Positions 9,210 to 19,004 of a stretch of DNA of 64,000 nucleotides are shown here, one piece after another (within the stretch, counting starts at the first letter, position 1; every line of letters begins with the position of its first letter). The DNA comes from a bacterium (GTDB taxonomy: Bacteria; Bacillota_I; Bacilli_A; RFN20; CAG-826): positions 398 to 64,397 of the forward strand of contig CAVFKA010000010.1 in the NCBI GenBank assembly GCA_963623195.1, in the 5' to 3' direction. Under the pieces are notes generated by a model. It searched no databases and was not told the origin of the DNA. It was given only the letters and a program-made list of their open reading frames with translations. A program made the position numbers and the translations under genes.

Positions 9210-10946
9210 ATGAAAAAGGTTATTTATGAAAATGTCGCCTCACAAAAAGATGCGGCAAAACGTCCTGAGGTAGAACGCTCAATTTCTAAAAATGAAATTT
9301 CTCCAATTCTTAAGAATTTCGCCAAAGATCGTCTTTTCTACATCAAAACTTACGGTTGCCAAGCCAATATTCGTGATGAAGAGGTCATGGCTGGATATCT
9401 TAGCGATGCCGGTTTTAAGAGAACTGAAGATCCTCGAAAGGCTAACTTAGCAATAATCAACACCTGCGCGGTTAGAGAAAATGCTGAGGATAAGGTCTAT
9501 GGAGAAATCGGAACCTTCAAACAAAACAAAGATAAGGATAAAGATTTCATTCTTGTTTTAGCCGGATGCGTCATGGATGAAAATGACGTTGCCCAAAACC
9601 TAATGAAAACATACCCATGGATAACCCTTGTCATTGGAACACACGATATTTCAAACCTCAACTCTTTATTAACTTCCTCTTTAGAGAAGAAGGCATCGAT
9701 CGTTTCAGTTAGGTCTTTTGCCTCTGAGGTCGTTGAAAATATGCCGTCCGTTCGCTTAGATTCTTCTAAAGCTTTCGTAAATATCTCATACGGATGTGAT
9801 AAATTCTGCACATATTGCATTGTTCCTTATACAAGAGGAAGAGAGCGTTCAAGAAAGATGGAAGACATCGTTAATGAATGCAGGGAATTAGTTGAAAAAG
9901 GTTACAAGCAAATCACCTTATTAGGCCAAAACGTAAACTCTTACGGTTTGGATTTCAAAGACGGAACCACGTTTGCAAAACTCCTTAAAGCAGTCGCGGA
10001 AACTAATATTCCTCATTTAAGATTCCTTACCTCCTATCCATCACAATTCACCGATGAAATGATAGATATCATGGCCACATACCCAAATATCGATCATTGG
10101 TTACATTTCCCTGTTCAATCAGGCTCAACTCATACTTTAAATAAAATGGGAAGAAGATATACCCGTGAAGATTATTTGAATGTCGTCAGAAAAATAAAAG
10201 AGCGTATACCTGATATGGCTTTGACCACCGATATTATTGTTGGTTTCCCATATGAGACAGAAGAGGATTTCCAAGAGACCCTTAGCCTTTGTGAAGAGGT
10301 TGGATATTCTAGTGCATACACTTTCATATACTCCCCTCGTCCAGGCACTCCAGCTGCTTCTTGGGAACAAATTCCACCTGAGGTAACTCATGAAAGGTTT
10401 AACCGTTTGAAAAAACTTATCGATGATTTAACAGAAAAATCATCTGCTGAATGTGTTGGAAAAACATACACGGTCCTTGTGGATGGCCCATCAAAGAAGA
10501 ATGAGAATGTTCTTTCTGGCTATGCGCCAAATGGCAAATTAATCAACTTCCCTGGTCCAAAATATCTAAGCGGATGTTTTGTCCCTGTTAAGGTAAAGGA
10601 GTCACACGTGTACTCTTTAAGCGGAGAAATGGTTGAGGATCCTCTTATTTCAAAAGCGAAAGATGTGGCCTTTCATTTAAATGCGTCACCTCTTTTAAAA
10701 GAATATCTTTCCTTAAATGAGGAAATTAAAAACGATCCGGAAATTAAAGAACTAGCCGAAAAACTCGTTGAAACAAAGAAAGCTATGGCGACCTCGATGA
10801 GCGATAAAGATAAATATTCTTCTTGCAAAAAGGAATATGAAGACATTCTTAAGAAGATTAAGAATCACCCCTTGCTAAATAACCACGATCATCTTAAGGA
10901 ACTTGTCGAAGGCGAACTTTTGATAGTTAGGGAAACTTTGAAATGA
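9210..10946 (+). CDS. miaB: tRNA (N6-isopentenyladenosine-37) methylthiotransferase MiaB with ~100-aa C-terminal YmcA/YlbF-like extension
   Basis: UPF0004 N-domain (YIKTYGCQAN), radical-SAM CDKFCTYC and TRAM domain (..VPVKVKESHVYSLSGEMV), followed by an extra helical tail. 578 aa. Confidence 0.9.
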   Translation: MKKVIYENVASQKDAAKRPEVERSISKNEISPILKNFAKDRLFYIKTYGCQANIRDEEVMAGYLSDAGFKRTEDPRKANLAIINTCAVRENAEDKVYGEIGTFKQNKDKDKDFILVLAGCVMDENDVAQNLMKTYPWITLVIGTHDISNLNSLLTSSLEKKASIVSVRSFASEVVENMPSVRLDSSKAFVNISYGCDKFCTYCIVPYTRGRERSRKMEDIVNECRELVEKGYKQITLLGQNVNSYGLDFKDGTTFAKLLKAVAETNIPHLRFLTSYPSQFTDEMIDIMATYPNIDHWLHFPVQSGSTHTLNKMGRRYTREDYLNVVRKIKERIPDMALTTDIIVGFPYETEEDFQETLSLCEEVGYSSAYTFIYSPRPGTPAASWEQIPPEVTHERFNRLKKLIDDLTEKSSAECVGKTYTVLVDGPSKKNENVLSGYAPNGKLINFPGPKYLSGCFVPVKVKESHVYSLSGEMVEDPLISKAKDVAFHLNASPLLKEYLSLNEEIKNDPEIKELAEKLVETKKAMATSMSDKDKYSSCKKEYEDILKKIKNHPLLNNHDHLKELVEGELLIVRETLK

Positions 10947-11836
10947 TTATCGTTCTAACTGGTCCAACTGGGGTAGGAAAATCCGCTTTAGCAATATCTC
11001 TTGCTAAGAAAATTGATGGGGAAATCGTCAACGCGGATGCTTTTCAAGTGTATAAAGATTTGAAGATAGCCACGGCTGCACCGTTAGATGAAGAAAAAAA
11101 AGAAGTACCTCATCACCTATATGATTTTGTCTCTCTTGATGATAGCTATGACATCTCACGTTACCAAATCGACGCAAGAAAAACGATAGAAGATATTCTA
11201 GCTAGAAACAAAACGCCAATTCTCGTTGGTGGAAGCGGCCTTTATATTCGTTCCGCTTTATATGATTATGATCTTTCGATTGATACAACAAATGTCGATA
11301 TGAGCCAATATGAAAATAAAAGCGATGAAGAATTGCATGCGATTTTGGAAAAACTAGATCCAGAAGAGGCAAAAAAGATACCGATGCAAAACAGAAGAAG
11401 AGTTCTTCGCGATATTGCAATATGCTTAGCTGCCAACGAAAGCAAGACGTCTCTTCTTTCAAAACAAAATCATGAGCCTATCTACGAAACATTATTTTTT
11501 GCTTTAACCAAAGATAGAGAGACCCTGTATGAACTCATCAACAAAAGAGTTGATAAGATGTTTGAAAAAGGGCTATTGCAGGAAACCCTTCCATTGATTG
11601 AAAAATACGGCGAGGAAAGAAGTGCATTCCAAGCAATTGGCGTGAAAGAATTAATTCCTTATATTCATAAAGAAAAAACTCTTGAAGAAACGATCGAACA
11701 AATAAAAATCGACACACGTCACTACATCAAAAGGCAAGAAACATTCTTCCGACATCAATTCCCAAGCATTAATGTTGCTAACGAGGGAGAAATTCTTTCT
11801 TATCTAAAAGATAGTTCTTTATTTTCGCTCAAATAA
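10943..11836 (+). CDS. miaA: tRNA dimethylallyltransferase
   Basis: P-loop GPTGVGKSALAISLAK and ..ATAAP..EE....PHHL. ATGA overlap with miaB. Confidence 0.93.
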   Translation: MIIVLTGPTGVGKSALAISLAKKIDGEIVNADAFQVYKDLKIATAAPLDEEKKEVPHHLYDFVSLDDSYDISRYQIDARKTIEDILARNKTPILVGGSGLYIRSALYDYDLSIDTTNVDMSQYENKSDEELHAILEKLDPEEAKKIPMQNRRRVLRDIAICLAANESKTSLLSKQNHEPIYETLFFALTKDRETLYELINKRVDKMFEKGLLQETLPLIEKYGEERSAFQAIGVKELIPYIHKEKTLEETIEQIKIDTRHYIKRQETFFRHQFPSINVANEGEILSYLKDSSLFSLK

Positions 11837-11877
11837 GTTCTATCTTAACTATAGAAAATAAATAGGAGGTTATCTAT

Positions 11878-13494
11878 ATGGAGCTTTTAAAGATTAATGA
11901 AATTGCAAAAATTGCATCAATTCCAGAAAAATACGTCGAACCGTATGGGTTTTATAAAGCAAAAATCGATAACGCCCTATATAAAGATCTCGAAGATAGG
12001 CCAAATGGCAAACTTGTTTTGCTTACGGCCATAACTCCAACTAAAGCAGGCGAAGGAAAAACAACGATGTCCATAGCCTTGCAAGAAGGTTTTGGCAAAA
12101 TCAATCAAGAAGCAATGCTCTGTCTTAGAGAACCAGCCTTAGGCCCTGTTTTTGGAATCAAAGGAGGAGCAACGGGCGGAGGAAAATCTTCGATTGGTCC
12201 TTCTGAGGACATAAATCTTCATTTTACGGGGGACATGCATGCATTAACCTCTTCGATCAATCTTATTTCAGCCATCATCGACAATTCCATTTTTCAAGGA
12301 AATCCATTAAGAATTAACCCTGAAAAAGTAGTTTGGAAAAGGGCGATGGATATGAATGACCGCGCTTTAAGAAACATCACGGTTGCTAACGGTGAGAAAA
12401 ATGGCGTGACGCGAAATGGTTCTTTTTTGATTACCGTTGCTTCCGAACTTATGGCTATCATGTGCCTTGCTAGAGATGAATTCGATTTCCACCAAAGACT
12501 TTTAAAGATAATCGTCGCCTATGATATGGACGATAAACCTGTTACGGTGAAAGACTTAAATTGTTCTCATGCGGTAATGAGGCTCATGAAAGAAGCCCTT
12601 AAGCCAAATCTAGTCCAGACACTTGAACACGAACCATGTTTTGTTCATGGTGGCCCATTTGCAAATATTGCCCACGGCTGCAATTCCCTAATCGCTACAC
12701 GTCTTGCCTTAAAAATGGCTCCTATCGTTATCACTGAGGCTGGTTTTGCGGCAGATTTAGGAGCTGAGAAGTTCCTTGATATTGCTTGCCAAGAAGGCAA
12801 TATGAAATGTGATGCCGTTGTTCTTGTTGCAACAATTAGAGCTTTAAAGATGCATGGTGGGGTGGCTTTTGCTGAATTAGATAAAGAGAATGTTGAAGCC
12901 CTCAAAGAAGGCTTGTCAAACCTCGACACTCATGCTGAAAACATCAAAAAATTCGGAGTGCCTTTGATGGTTGCCATAAATCATTTTGAATCCGATTCGG
13001 AAAAAGAGATTCAAACCCTTATTGATTATTGCGAAAGTAAGGGATACATGTATTCATTTGTTGATGCATTCCTTAAAGGAGGAGAAGGTGCTATAGACTT
13101 AGCGAAGAAGGTTCAAAAGCTTCTTAAAGAAACAACATCTTCCTACCATCCTATTTATGATAGAAAGAAACCGCTTAAGGAAAAGATAGAGACGATTTGC
13201 AAAGAAATATACCGCGCAGGCGATGTTGTCTATTCGCCTTTAGCAGAGGAGCAATTAGAGAAATATGCGTCAATGGGGTTCTCAGATGCCTATATTTGTA
13301 TGGCCAAAACGCCTAACTCTTTAAGCGATGACCCAAAACTTCTTGGGGCTCCAAAAGGTCATACTATTCATATTCGCGAAGTAAATCTTTCTAGTGGTGC
13401 TAATTTCGTGATTCCTTTAACTGGGTCAATCATGACGATGCCTGGGCTTCCTAAAGAGCCTGCCGCCATCAAAATGGAGAAAGAACCATGGTGA
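11878..13494 (+). CDS. fhs: Formate--tetrahydrofolate ligase
   Basis: TPTKAGEGKTT, VHGGPFANIAHG. 538 aa. Strong RBS AGGAGG. Confidence 0.95.
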   Translation: MELLKINEIAKIASIPEKYVEPYGFYKAKIDNALYKDLEDRPNGKLVLLTAITPTKAGEGKTTMSIALQEGFGKINQEAMLCLREPALGPVFGIKGGATGGGKSSIGPSEDINLHFTGDMHALTSSINLISAIIDNSIFQGNPLRINPEKVVWKRAMDMNDRALRNITVANGEKNGVTRNGSFLITVASELMAIMCLARDEFDFHQRLLKIIVAYDMDDKPVTVKDLNCSHAVMRLMKEALKPNLVQTLEHEPCFVHGGPFANIAHGCNSLIATRLALKMAPIVITEAGFAADLGAEKFLDIACQEGNMKCDAVVLVATIRALKMHGGVAFAELDKENVEALKEGLSNLDTHAENIKKFGVPLMVAINHFESDSEKEIQTLIDYCESKGYMYSFVDAFLKGGEGAIDLAKKVQKLLKETTSSYHPIYDRKKPLKEKIETICKEIYRAGDVVYSPLAEEQLEKYASMGFSDAYICMAKTPNSLSDDPKLLGAPKGHTIHIREVNLSSGANFVIPLTGSIMTMPGLPKEPAAIKMEKEPW

Positions 13495-13697
13495 TAACGG
13501 AATATAACCTCTTTGATGAGGTAGAGATGAAAAAACCTCATCCATGTAGCACTCATTCAAAACGTTTCCAGATTGTTCGTCTTGGCGCTGATATTAAAAT
13601 CAAGTGCCTTGGATGTGGAAACATCATCATGATTGATCGTGATAAATTCAATCATTCTCTAAAAAAAGTCATCGGACCAATGCCAAATAAAAACTAA
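13488..13697 (+). CDS. DUF951-family small protein
   Basis: EYNLFDEVEMKKPHPC...FQIVRLGADIKIKCLGCGNIIMIDR fits my recollection of the DUF951 pattern (HPC..W/F.I.R.GADI..KC..C). Confidence 0.6.
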   Translation: MVITEYNLFDEVEMKKPHPCSTHSKRFQIVRLGADIKIKCLGCGNIIMIDRDKFNHSLKKVIGPMPNKN

Positions 13698-13745
13698 TTT
13701 GGCATTTTTTCTTTTTTCACGTCTATATATAAGTGAGGAGAGAAA

Positions 13746-15797
13746 ATGTTCAAGATAGTTAATGTAAGCAAAACATACGGCAAGAAAGAAAACAAATGCG
13801 TAGCTTTAGCAAAAACAAGTTTTGTGTTGCCCTCAAAAGGCTTGTTTGTCATTGCAGGGAAATCGGGCTCTGGCAAGTCGACGATTCTAAATCTACTTTC
13901 AGGGATGGAAAAACCAACATCCGGCGACATATATTTTCAAAATAAGAATATTGCAAAATTTAAAGAAAAAGATTTGCTTACATTCAGGAATGATTGGTGT
14001 TCCTTCGTCTATCAACATTTTAATTTGCTTGATGATCTAAGTGCTTTAGAAAACGTTTTCTTGCCGATTAAAATTCGAGGAGATAAGTGGGAATTATATG
14101 AAAATGAAGTCAACTCCTTATTTGAGAAGTTCAACTTAAGCCAGCATAAAGATAAAAAGGTGGGATTGCTTTCTGGTGGAGAGAAACAAAGAGTTGCCCT
14201 TATTAGGGCTTTGATTACATCTCCAAAGGTGCTTTTTGCTGATGAGCCAACTGGTGCCTTAGATAAGGAAAACGAAAAAATAATCATGGATTCCTTGAAA
14301 GAATTCTCAAAGACTAACCTTGTTGTTTTAGTAACGCATAATGAGAATTTGATAGAGAAATACGCGGATGATGTGATGAGACTTGAAGATGGAAAAGTCA
14401 TCAAACCATTTTCCGTTTACGAAGATGATAGGAAAGAGGAGGAAGAGAAGAAAAAAAGGAAATCCTCTCTTGGATGGGTCGGAAAGTTATTTGCACATAA
14501 TTACAGAAAAAACTACATCAAGAATATTTTCTCTATTTTGAGCGGAACAATTGGTTATTTGTCTTTGCTAGTTTGCTTAGGCTTTTACTCAGGTAGCAAA
14601 TCCGTTTTGGTTAATGAGAAAAGCCATTCATTGAATTATCTTCAAGCCTCATTCACCAAGCAAAGCAAATTTGAGGTAGAGAATTCCCCGATGTCTTTAG
14701 TTAGAAACGTAAGGCCATCCCTAAAAGAATGCAAAGAAGTTTTTCAAAATTTCAAAGACATTCAGATACGTAATGATTATTCTTATTTCTTGCCATCTTA
14801 CCATTCTTTTACCTTGAACGGGTTTCCACAGGAAAGTACGAATCTAGTTCCACTTAAAGATATTAGTTTAAGGAATCGATCTTATTCTTTTCTTTCAAAA
14901 GGAGAACTGCCAAGTGGCAATTCTTTGAATTATTGTTTGGTCAACGAGGAATTCGAAGACAAAATTGGTGAAAATCCGCTTGGAAAAAGAATCAAAGTTG
15001 AAAATGAGACGACGATTGAAAGAGGAGGGGTAAAGGAAAATATAAACGTGAATCTCTCTTTCCTCATAATTGGCGTCGTAAAAGAGTTCTCGTTTTTGAA
15101 TAACCCAAAAATCTTTTATTCTTATCCAGCTTTTGAGGCAATGCTCACTCGGATCCAACTAGATAAATTTGAGATGAGTTTAGGGACTTTTTTGGATGAT
15201 GAGCATGATGACTCTCCATATCTAAATTATTCCTATAACATGTTTTTTGAAGAAAGAGACGCGGAAGGGGTTAAAGATTTAGCGGACGAGTTAGCAAAAA
15301 ACGATAATGGGTACCTTCTTTCTTCGAATGCATTTACGATTAACTCCTCTTTCGAAAGCTTAAGCAATGCTTTCTCTACTTCGGCCTTGCCATTTGTTTT
15401 CATTGAGCTTTTCGGGGTTGCTTTTATTCTTTCGTCTTTTACTTATCATTCGTTTCTTGAAAGAAGGAAACAAACGGCAATCGTTACCGCGCTTGGCGCA
15501 TCTAAAAATGAAATAAATATTCTATCTATGGCTGAACCATTTTTGACAAGCGCCGTTAGTTCGATAGCAGCTATCGGATTATCTATCCCCGTATCTTACT
15601 TAGTTTCAACTTTATTATTTAATAAATTCAAAATTGCCTCGCTTATATCCATTCCCTATTTTGATTTCTTAGGAATACCGTTTTTCCCAATTTTCATGGT
15701 TATTGGCCTTTCCTTATTTGTGGCTCTTGTTTCTGCTGCAATACCTTTACTTGTCACAAGGAAAAGAAATTTATTGGAGGAACTTAGAGACGAATGA
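13746..15797 (+). CDS. Fused ABC transporter ATPase + FtsX-type permease (MacB-like), subunit 1
   Basis: Walker A GKSGSGKST, signature LSGGEKQRVA, Walker B LFADEPTGALD. A TM segment, a ~260-aa extracytoplasmic region and a C-terminal 3-TM FtsX-like domain follow. Confidence 0.85.
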   Translation: MFKIVNVSKTYGKKENKCVALAKTSFVLPSKGLFVIAGKSGSGKSTILNLLSGMEKPTSGDIYFQNKNIAKFKEKDLLTFRNDWCSFVYQHFNLLDDLSALENVFLPIKIRGDKWELYENEVNSLFEKFNLSQHKDKKVGLLSGGEKQRVALIRALITSPKVLFADEPTGALDKENEKIIMDSLKEFSKTNLVVLVTHNENLIEKYADDVMRLEDGKVIKPFSVYEDDRKEEEEKKKRKSSLGWVGKLFAHNYRKNYIKNIFSILSGTIGYLSLLVCLGFYSGSKSVLVNEKSHSLNYLQASFTKQSKFEVENSPMSLVRNVRPSLKECKEVFQNFKDIQIRNDYSYFLPSYHSFTLNGFPQESTNLVPLKDISLRNRSYSFLSKGELPSGNSLNYCLVNEEFEDKIGENPLGKRIKVENETTIERGGVKENINVNLSFLIIGVVKEFSFLNNPKIFYSYPAFEAMLTRIQLDKFEMSLGTFLDDEHDDSPYLNYSYNMFFEERDAEGVKDLADELAKNDNGYLLSSNAFTINSSFESLSNAFSTSALPFVFIELFGVAFILSSFTYHSFLERRKQTAIVTALGASKNEINILSMAEPFLTSAVSSIAAIGLSIPVSYLVSTLLFNKFKIASLISIPYFDFLGIPFFPIFMVIGLSLFVALVSAAIPLLVTRKRNLLEELRDE

Positions 15798-18589
15798 AAC
15801 GCTTAGAAATAATTAATTTGTACAAGAACTTTAATGGTCAAAGTCTCTTAAAGGGGATTTCATGTGCTTTTTCTAATACCGGTCTTTATTTCATTCTTGG
15901 GGATTCTGGATCTGGCAAATCGACGTTGCTTGATATTTTTTCCGGATGTGACAATTCATATGTTGGTGATGTCCTATATCAAGGGAAGGCATTGAAAGAA
16001 TTAGAAGAAGATGAGCGCAGCGATCTAAGGCTAAAACATTTTGGATTTATCAGGCAGGCGTATGATTTGTTAGAACTTGAAACCGTTTTTGAAAACGTTT
16101 CTCTTCCCTTGCTTGGCCTTCAAGTGAAAAAAGGACTCAGAAAAAGAAAAATCATGGAAACGCTGGAATTTCTTGGGCTAAAAGAAAAAGCGTTTCAAAA
16201 AGTAAACACTCTATCGGGTGGGGAAAAACAAAGGGTGGCGATAGCTAGAGCTTTAGTCATCGACCCTAAAATCATCTTTGCGGACGAACCAACTGGTGCC
16301 CTTGATAGCAAAAACAGTGAGGGCGTGTATCGAATATTGAAGGAAATATCCAAAAAGCATTTGGTTATTCTTGTTTCCCATGATAGAGATGCAGCTAAGA
16401 CATACGCAGATGAAATTCTTTATCTTGAAGACGGAAAACTTAATGTCGTCAGCAATAATTCCTATAAGGCCATCGATGATAGGTACGTAACCTTCTCCCC
16501 TCCAAAAAAGAATTCTGTTAAATGGGGAATAATCACATGGCTGAAACATGCGAAAAACCTTTTTAAGGCAAAGAAAGTCAGGTCGTCTTTAAGTGTCGGT
16601 ATCATAACTTTCTCTCTTTTGTCTCTTGGATTATCCATTTACGTTCAAAGGGATCTTCAATCAGAACTTAACAATGCGTTTAATCAATGGGGAGGGATTA
16701 ATGGCATTGCCGTAGAAAGAAACGGAAAAGACGAATCCATGTTCGGCAATATCCTCTCCCCTACAAACGAAGAAATGAAGTTTTTGATAAAGGATAATCC
16801 GGATACAATTGAAGACTACGGAATAAACTACATTTGCTCGTATGAAAACTATTTCAAAGACGTCAATGAATTCTATTTTGATTCTTTTGGCTCAAAAGCG
16901 CGTATTCAATCATTAGGCGTTAGAAACATAAATGAATATCGTTGGCTCGATTATCTTCCTCTCGAAACTAAAATATATCCCGAAAGGCCAAAGGTTTTAG
17001 AGAATGAGCAAATAGTTTTGTCTTTGACGTATGCAAATATGGTGAATATGTGTCTTTCTTTGCATATTCAAAGAAGTTTTGAGGCCTTAGGGACTTATTT
17101 GAAACGTTATCCGTTAGAAATATTCCTAGAAACATCCAATACCGATTGGGGATATGGAGATACTCAATTGTTTTCTCTCGTTGGAGTGTTTCAAGAAGAA
17201 AACCAAACCATATATCATTATCGCCATGATTGGAATGAATATGTCTTAGAAGACTGCATGGGTTTTCCGACTAGTCTAGAGGAAGACTCATCCCTTCCTT
17301 GGATTTTAAGAAAGAATTACTACATCTTGCCAAAAGGAAGTAAGGAAGAATTCTTTTTTGAGGCTAGGAAAAGCGGCCTTCTGAATAAATACGTCTTTGA
17401 AAGGGATTCTTATGATTATGATCAAACCCATAATAAGAAGAATGAAACATCATCAAGTAAACGTCTTCATGTTTTCTTGACTGACAAACAATCGCTCGAT
17501 TACAAAATCCTCGATGAAATATCTTCGAAACGCTCCCTTAATAATTATTCAGTTTATGGCGAGGCGTCATATGTTTCTTACCCAAGTTCAATGATTTCTG
17601 GCTTTTTGAATCCTTTCTTTCTAAGCGATTCGAAAGAACAAATCTTTTCCATAAGTGAATCAATGAGCAGAAGTTCTAAAAATAACGTTTATACGGACGT
17701 CTCTCTTCCAAACAACGTTTCGATGGGACATTATTTGATGAGCAGAAACGATTCTTTGACCATCTCTAGTGATTTTACCTCTTTGGCTGAAGGGAGGATT
17801 CCACAAAAACCAACGGAGATATGCCTTTCAGAGAAACTTTACTCAAAATTTAATAAGGCAAGCAAACTCCATTGTGCAGGAGTCGTCTCCAATGTTGAAC
17901 GCGATGATTACATCGAAAACGATTATCGTTTGGGAGAGTTAGAAGTGGTTGGCATCGTAAAAGGGAACGAAAACACGATATACGTAACCCCTAATTGGTC
18001 TATTGATTATTGGCGGGATGAACTTGGCATGAGTTCTTTTTCCCTAGAGCCAAAACAAGCGATTTTCTATTGTGATAAAAGCAGGTCAAAAGAAATTCTT
18101 CCAATCCTTGCTAATGATTACCCTTCATTAAGGTTTACCGATCCTTCTTTGACTATTGAATCATCAATTAGCAACGTTATTGAATATGTTGAAATAATAT
18201 TGATGTTTGCTACGTTTCTTACTCTATCGACGTCTTTTTTCTTGTTCGTCTCTAATGCCTTACTCATTTCTTTTGAAAACAAAAAAGAGGCAAGGCTATT
18301 ATTCGAACTTGGCGTTAGAAGAAGGAATATTGTCGATTCATTCGGATCCAATATTTTGCTAGTCAGTTTGATTTCCTTATTTACGTCTTTAGCATCCTTG
18401 GTTTCTGCCGAGTATACGATAAACAAGACTCTGCAAAATAATTTCGGGAACGCTAGTAACTATTTTAAGCTGGATTGCACGCCAATGCTATATATGGTCG
18501 CAGCGATATTTATTGGCATGCTTATCTCCATCTTTTTCATTAACCATTGGATCAAGAAGGCTGATTTCTCTAGAAACAAATCTTTTTAG
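15794..18589 (+). CDS. Fused ABC transporter ATPase + FtsX-type permease (MacB-like), subunit 2, with very large extracytoplasmic domain
   Basis: GDSGSGKST, LSGGEKQRVAIARAL and IFADEPTGALD. One TM segment, a ~500-aa non-membrane region and a C-terminal FtsX-like 3-TM block follow. ATGA overlap with subunit 1. Confidence 0.85.
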   Translation: MKRLEIINLYKNFNGQSLLKGISCAFSNTGLYFILGDSGSGKSTLLDIFSGCDNSYVGDVLYQGKALKELEEDERSDLRLKHFGFIRQAYDLLELETVFENVSLPLLGLQVKKGLRKRKIMETLEFLGLKEKAFQKVNTLSGGEKQRVAIARALVIDPKIIFADEPTGALDSKNSEGVYRILKEISKKHLVILVSHDRDAAKTYADEILYLEDGKLNVVSNNSYKAIDDRYVTFSPPKKNSVKWGIITWLKHAKNLFKAKKVRSSLSVGIITFSLLSLGLSIYVQRDLQSELNNAFNQWGGINGIAVERNGKDESMFGNILSPTNEEMKFLIKDNPDTIEDYGINYICSYENYFKDVNEFYFDSFGSKARIQSLGVRNINEYRWLDYLPLETKIYPERPKVLENEQIVLSLTYANMVNMCLSLHIQRSFEALGTYLKRYPLEIFLETSNTDWGYGDTQLFSLVGVFQEENQTIYHYRHDWNEYVLEDCMGFPTSLEEDSSLPWILRKNYYILPKGSKEEFFFEARKSGLLNKYVFERDSYDYDQTHNKKNETSSSKRLHVFLTDKQSLDYKILDEISSKRSLNNYSVYGEASYVSYPSSMISGFLNPFFLSDSKEQIFSISESMSRSSKNNVYTDVSLPNNVSMGHYLMSRNDSLTISSDFTSLAEGRIPQKPTEICLSEKLYSKFNKASKLHCAGVVSNVERDDYIENDYRLGELEVVGIVKGNENTIYVTPNWSIDYWRDELGMSSFSLEPKQAIFYCDKSRSKEILPILANDYPSLRFTDPSLTIESSISNVIEYVEIILMFATFLTLSTSFFLFVSNALLISFENKKEARLLFELGVRRRNIVDSFGSNILLVSLISLFTSLASLVSAEYTINKTLQNNFGNASNYFKLDCTPMLYMVAAIFIGMLISIFFINHWIKKADFSRNKSF

Positions 18590-18686
18590 GAAAGATTTTT
18601 ACAATTTCTTATGATGTTTAGGATACTTGTGTTAAAATATAGAGCGGTCTTGAAGATAAAAACCAGACCAGGAAGGTTAGGGAAAT

Positions 18687-18887
18687 ATGAAGGGAACAGT
18701 CAAAAACTTCTTCAAGGATAAAGGCTTCGGCTTTATTCATGCAGAAGACGGAAAAGACTACTTCTTCCATTATAGTGCCATCCAAATGGATAACTACAAA
18801 ACCGCTGAAATTGGTGAAAATGTTGAATTTGAACCAGTTCAAGGTGAACGTGGCTTACGCGCAAATAATGTCAAGAAAGTTAACTAA
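18687..18887 (+). CDS. Cold-shock protein (CspA family)
   Basis: GTVKNFFKDKGFGFI (RNP1) and YFFHYSAI (RNP2). 66 aa. Confidence 0.95.
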   Translation: MKGTVKNFFKDKGFGFIHAEDGKDYFFHYSAIQMDNYKTAEIGENVEFEPVQGERGLRANNVKKVN

Positions 18888-18911
18888 CCGCTGAATAAAT
18901 TTTGTTCGATG

Positions 18912-18940
18912 ACACCATTTCTTCGAAAATGGTGTTTTCT
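18912..18940 (+). terminator. Rho-independent terminator after csp
   Basis: ACACCATTT-CTTCGA-AAATGGTGT followed by TTTTCT. Confidence 0.8.
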
Positions 18941-19004
18941 TTCGTTTTCTTTCTCTTAACTTAGAGATATAATCTCTAGCGTAAAAAAAGGAAATTATAT
19001 TTAT

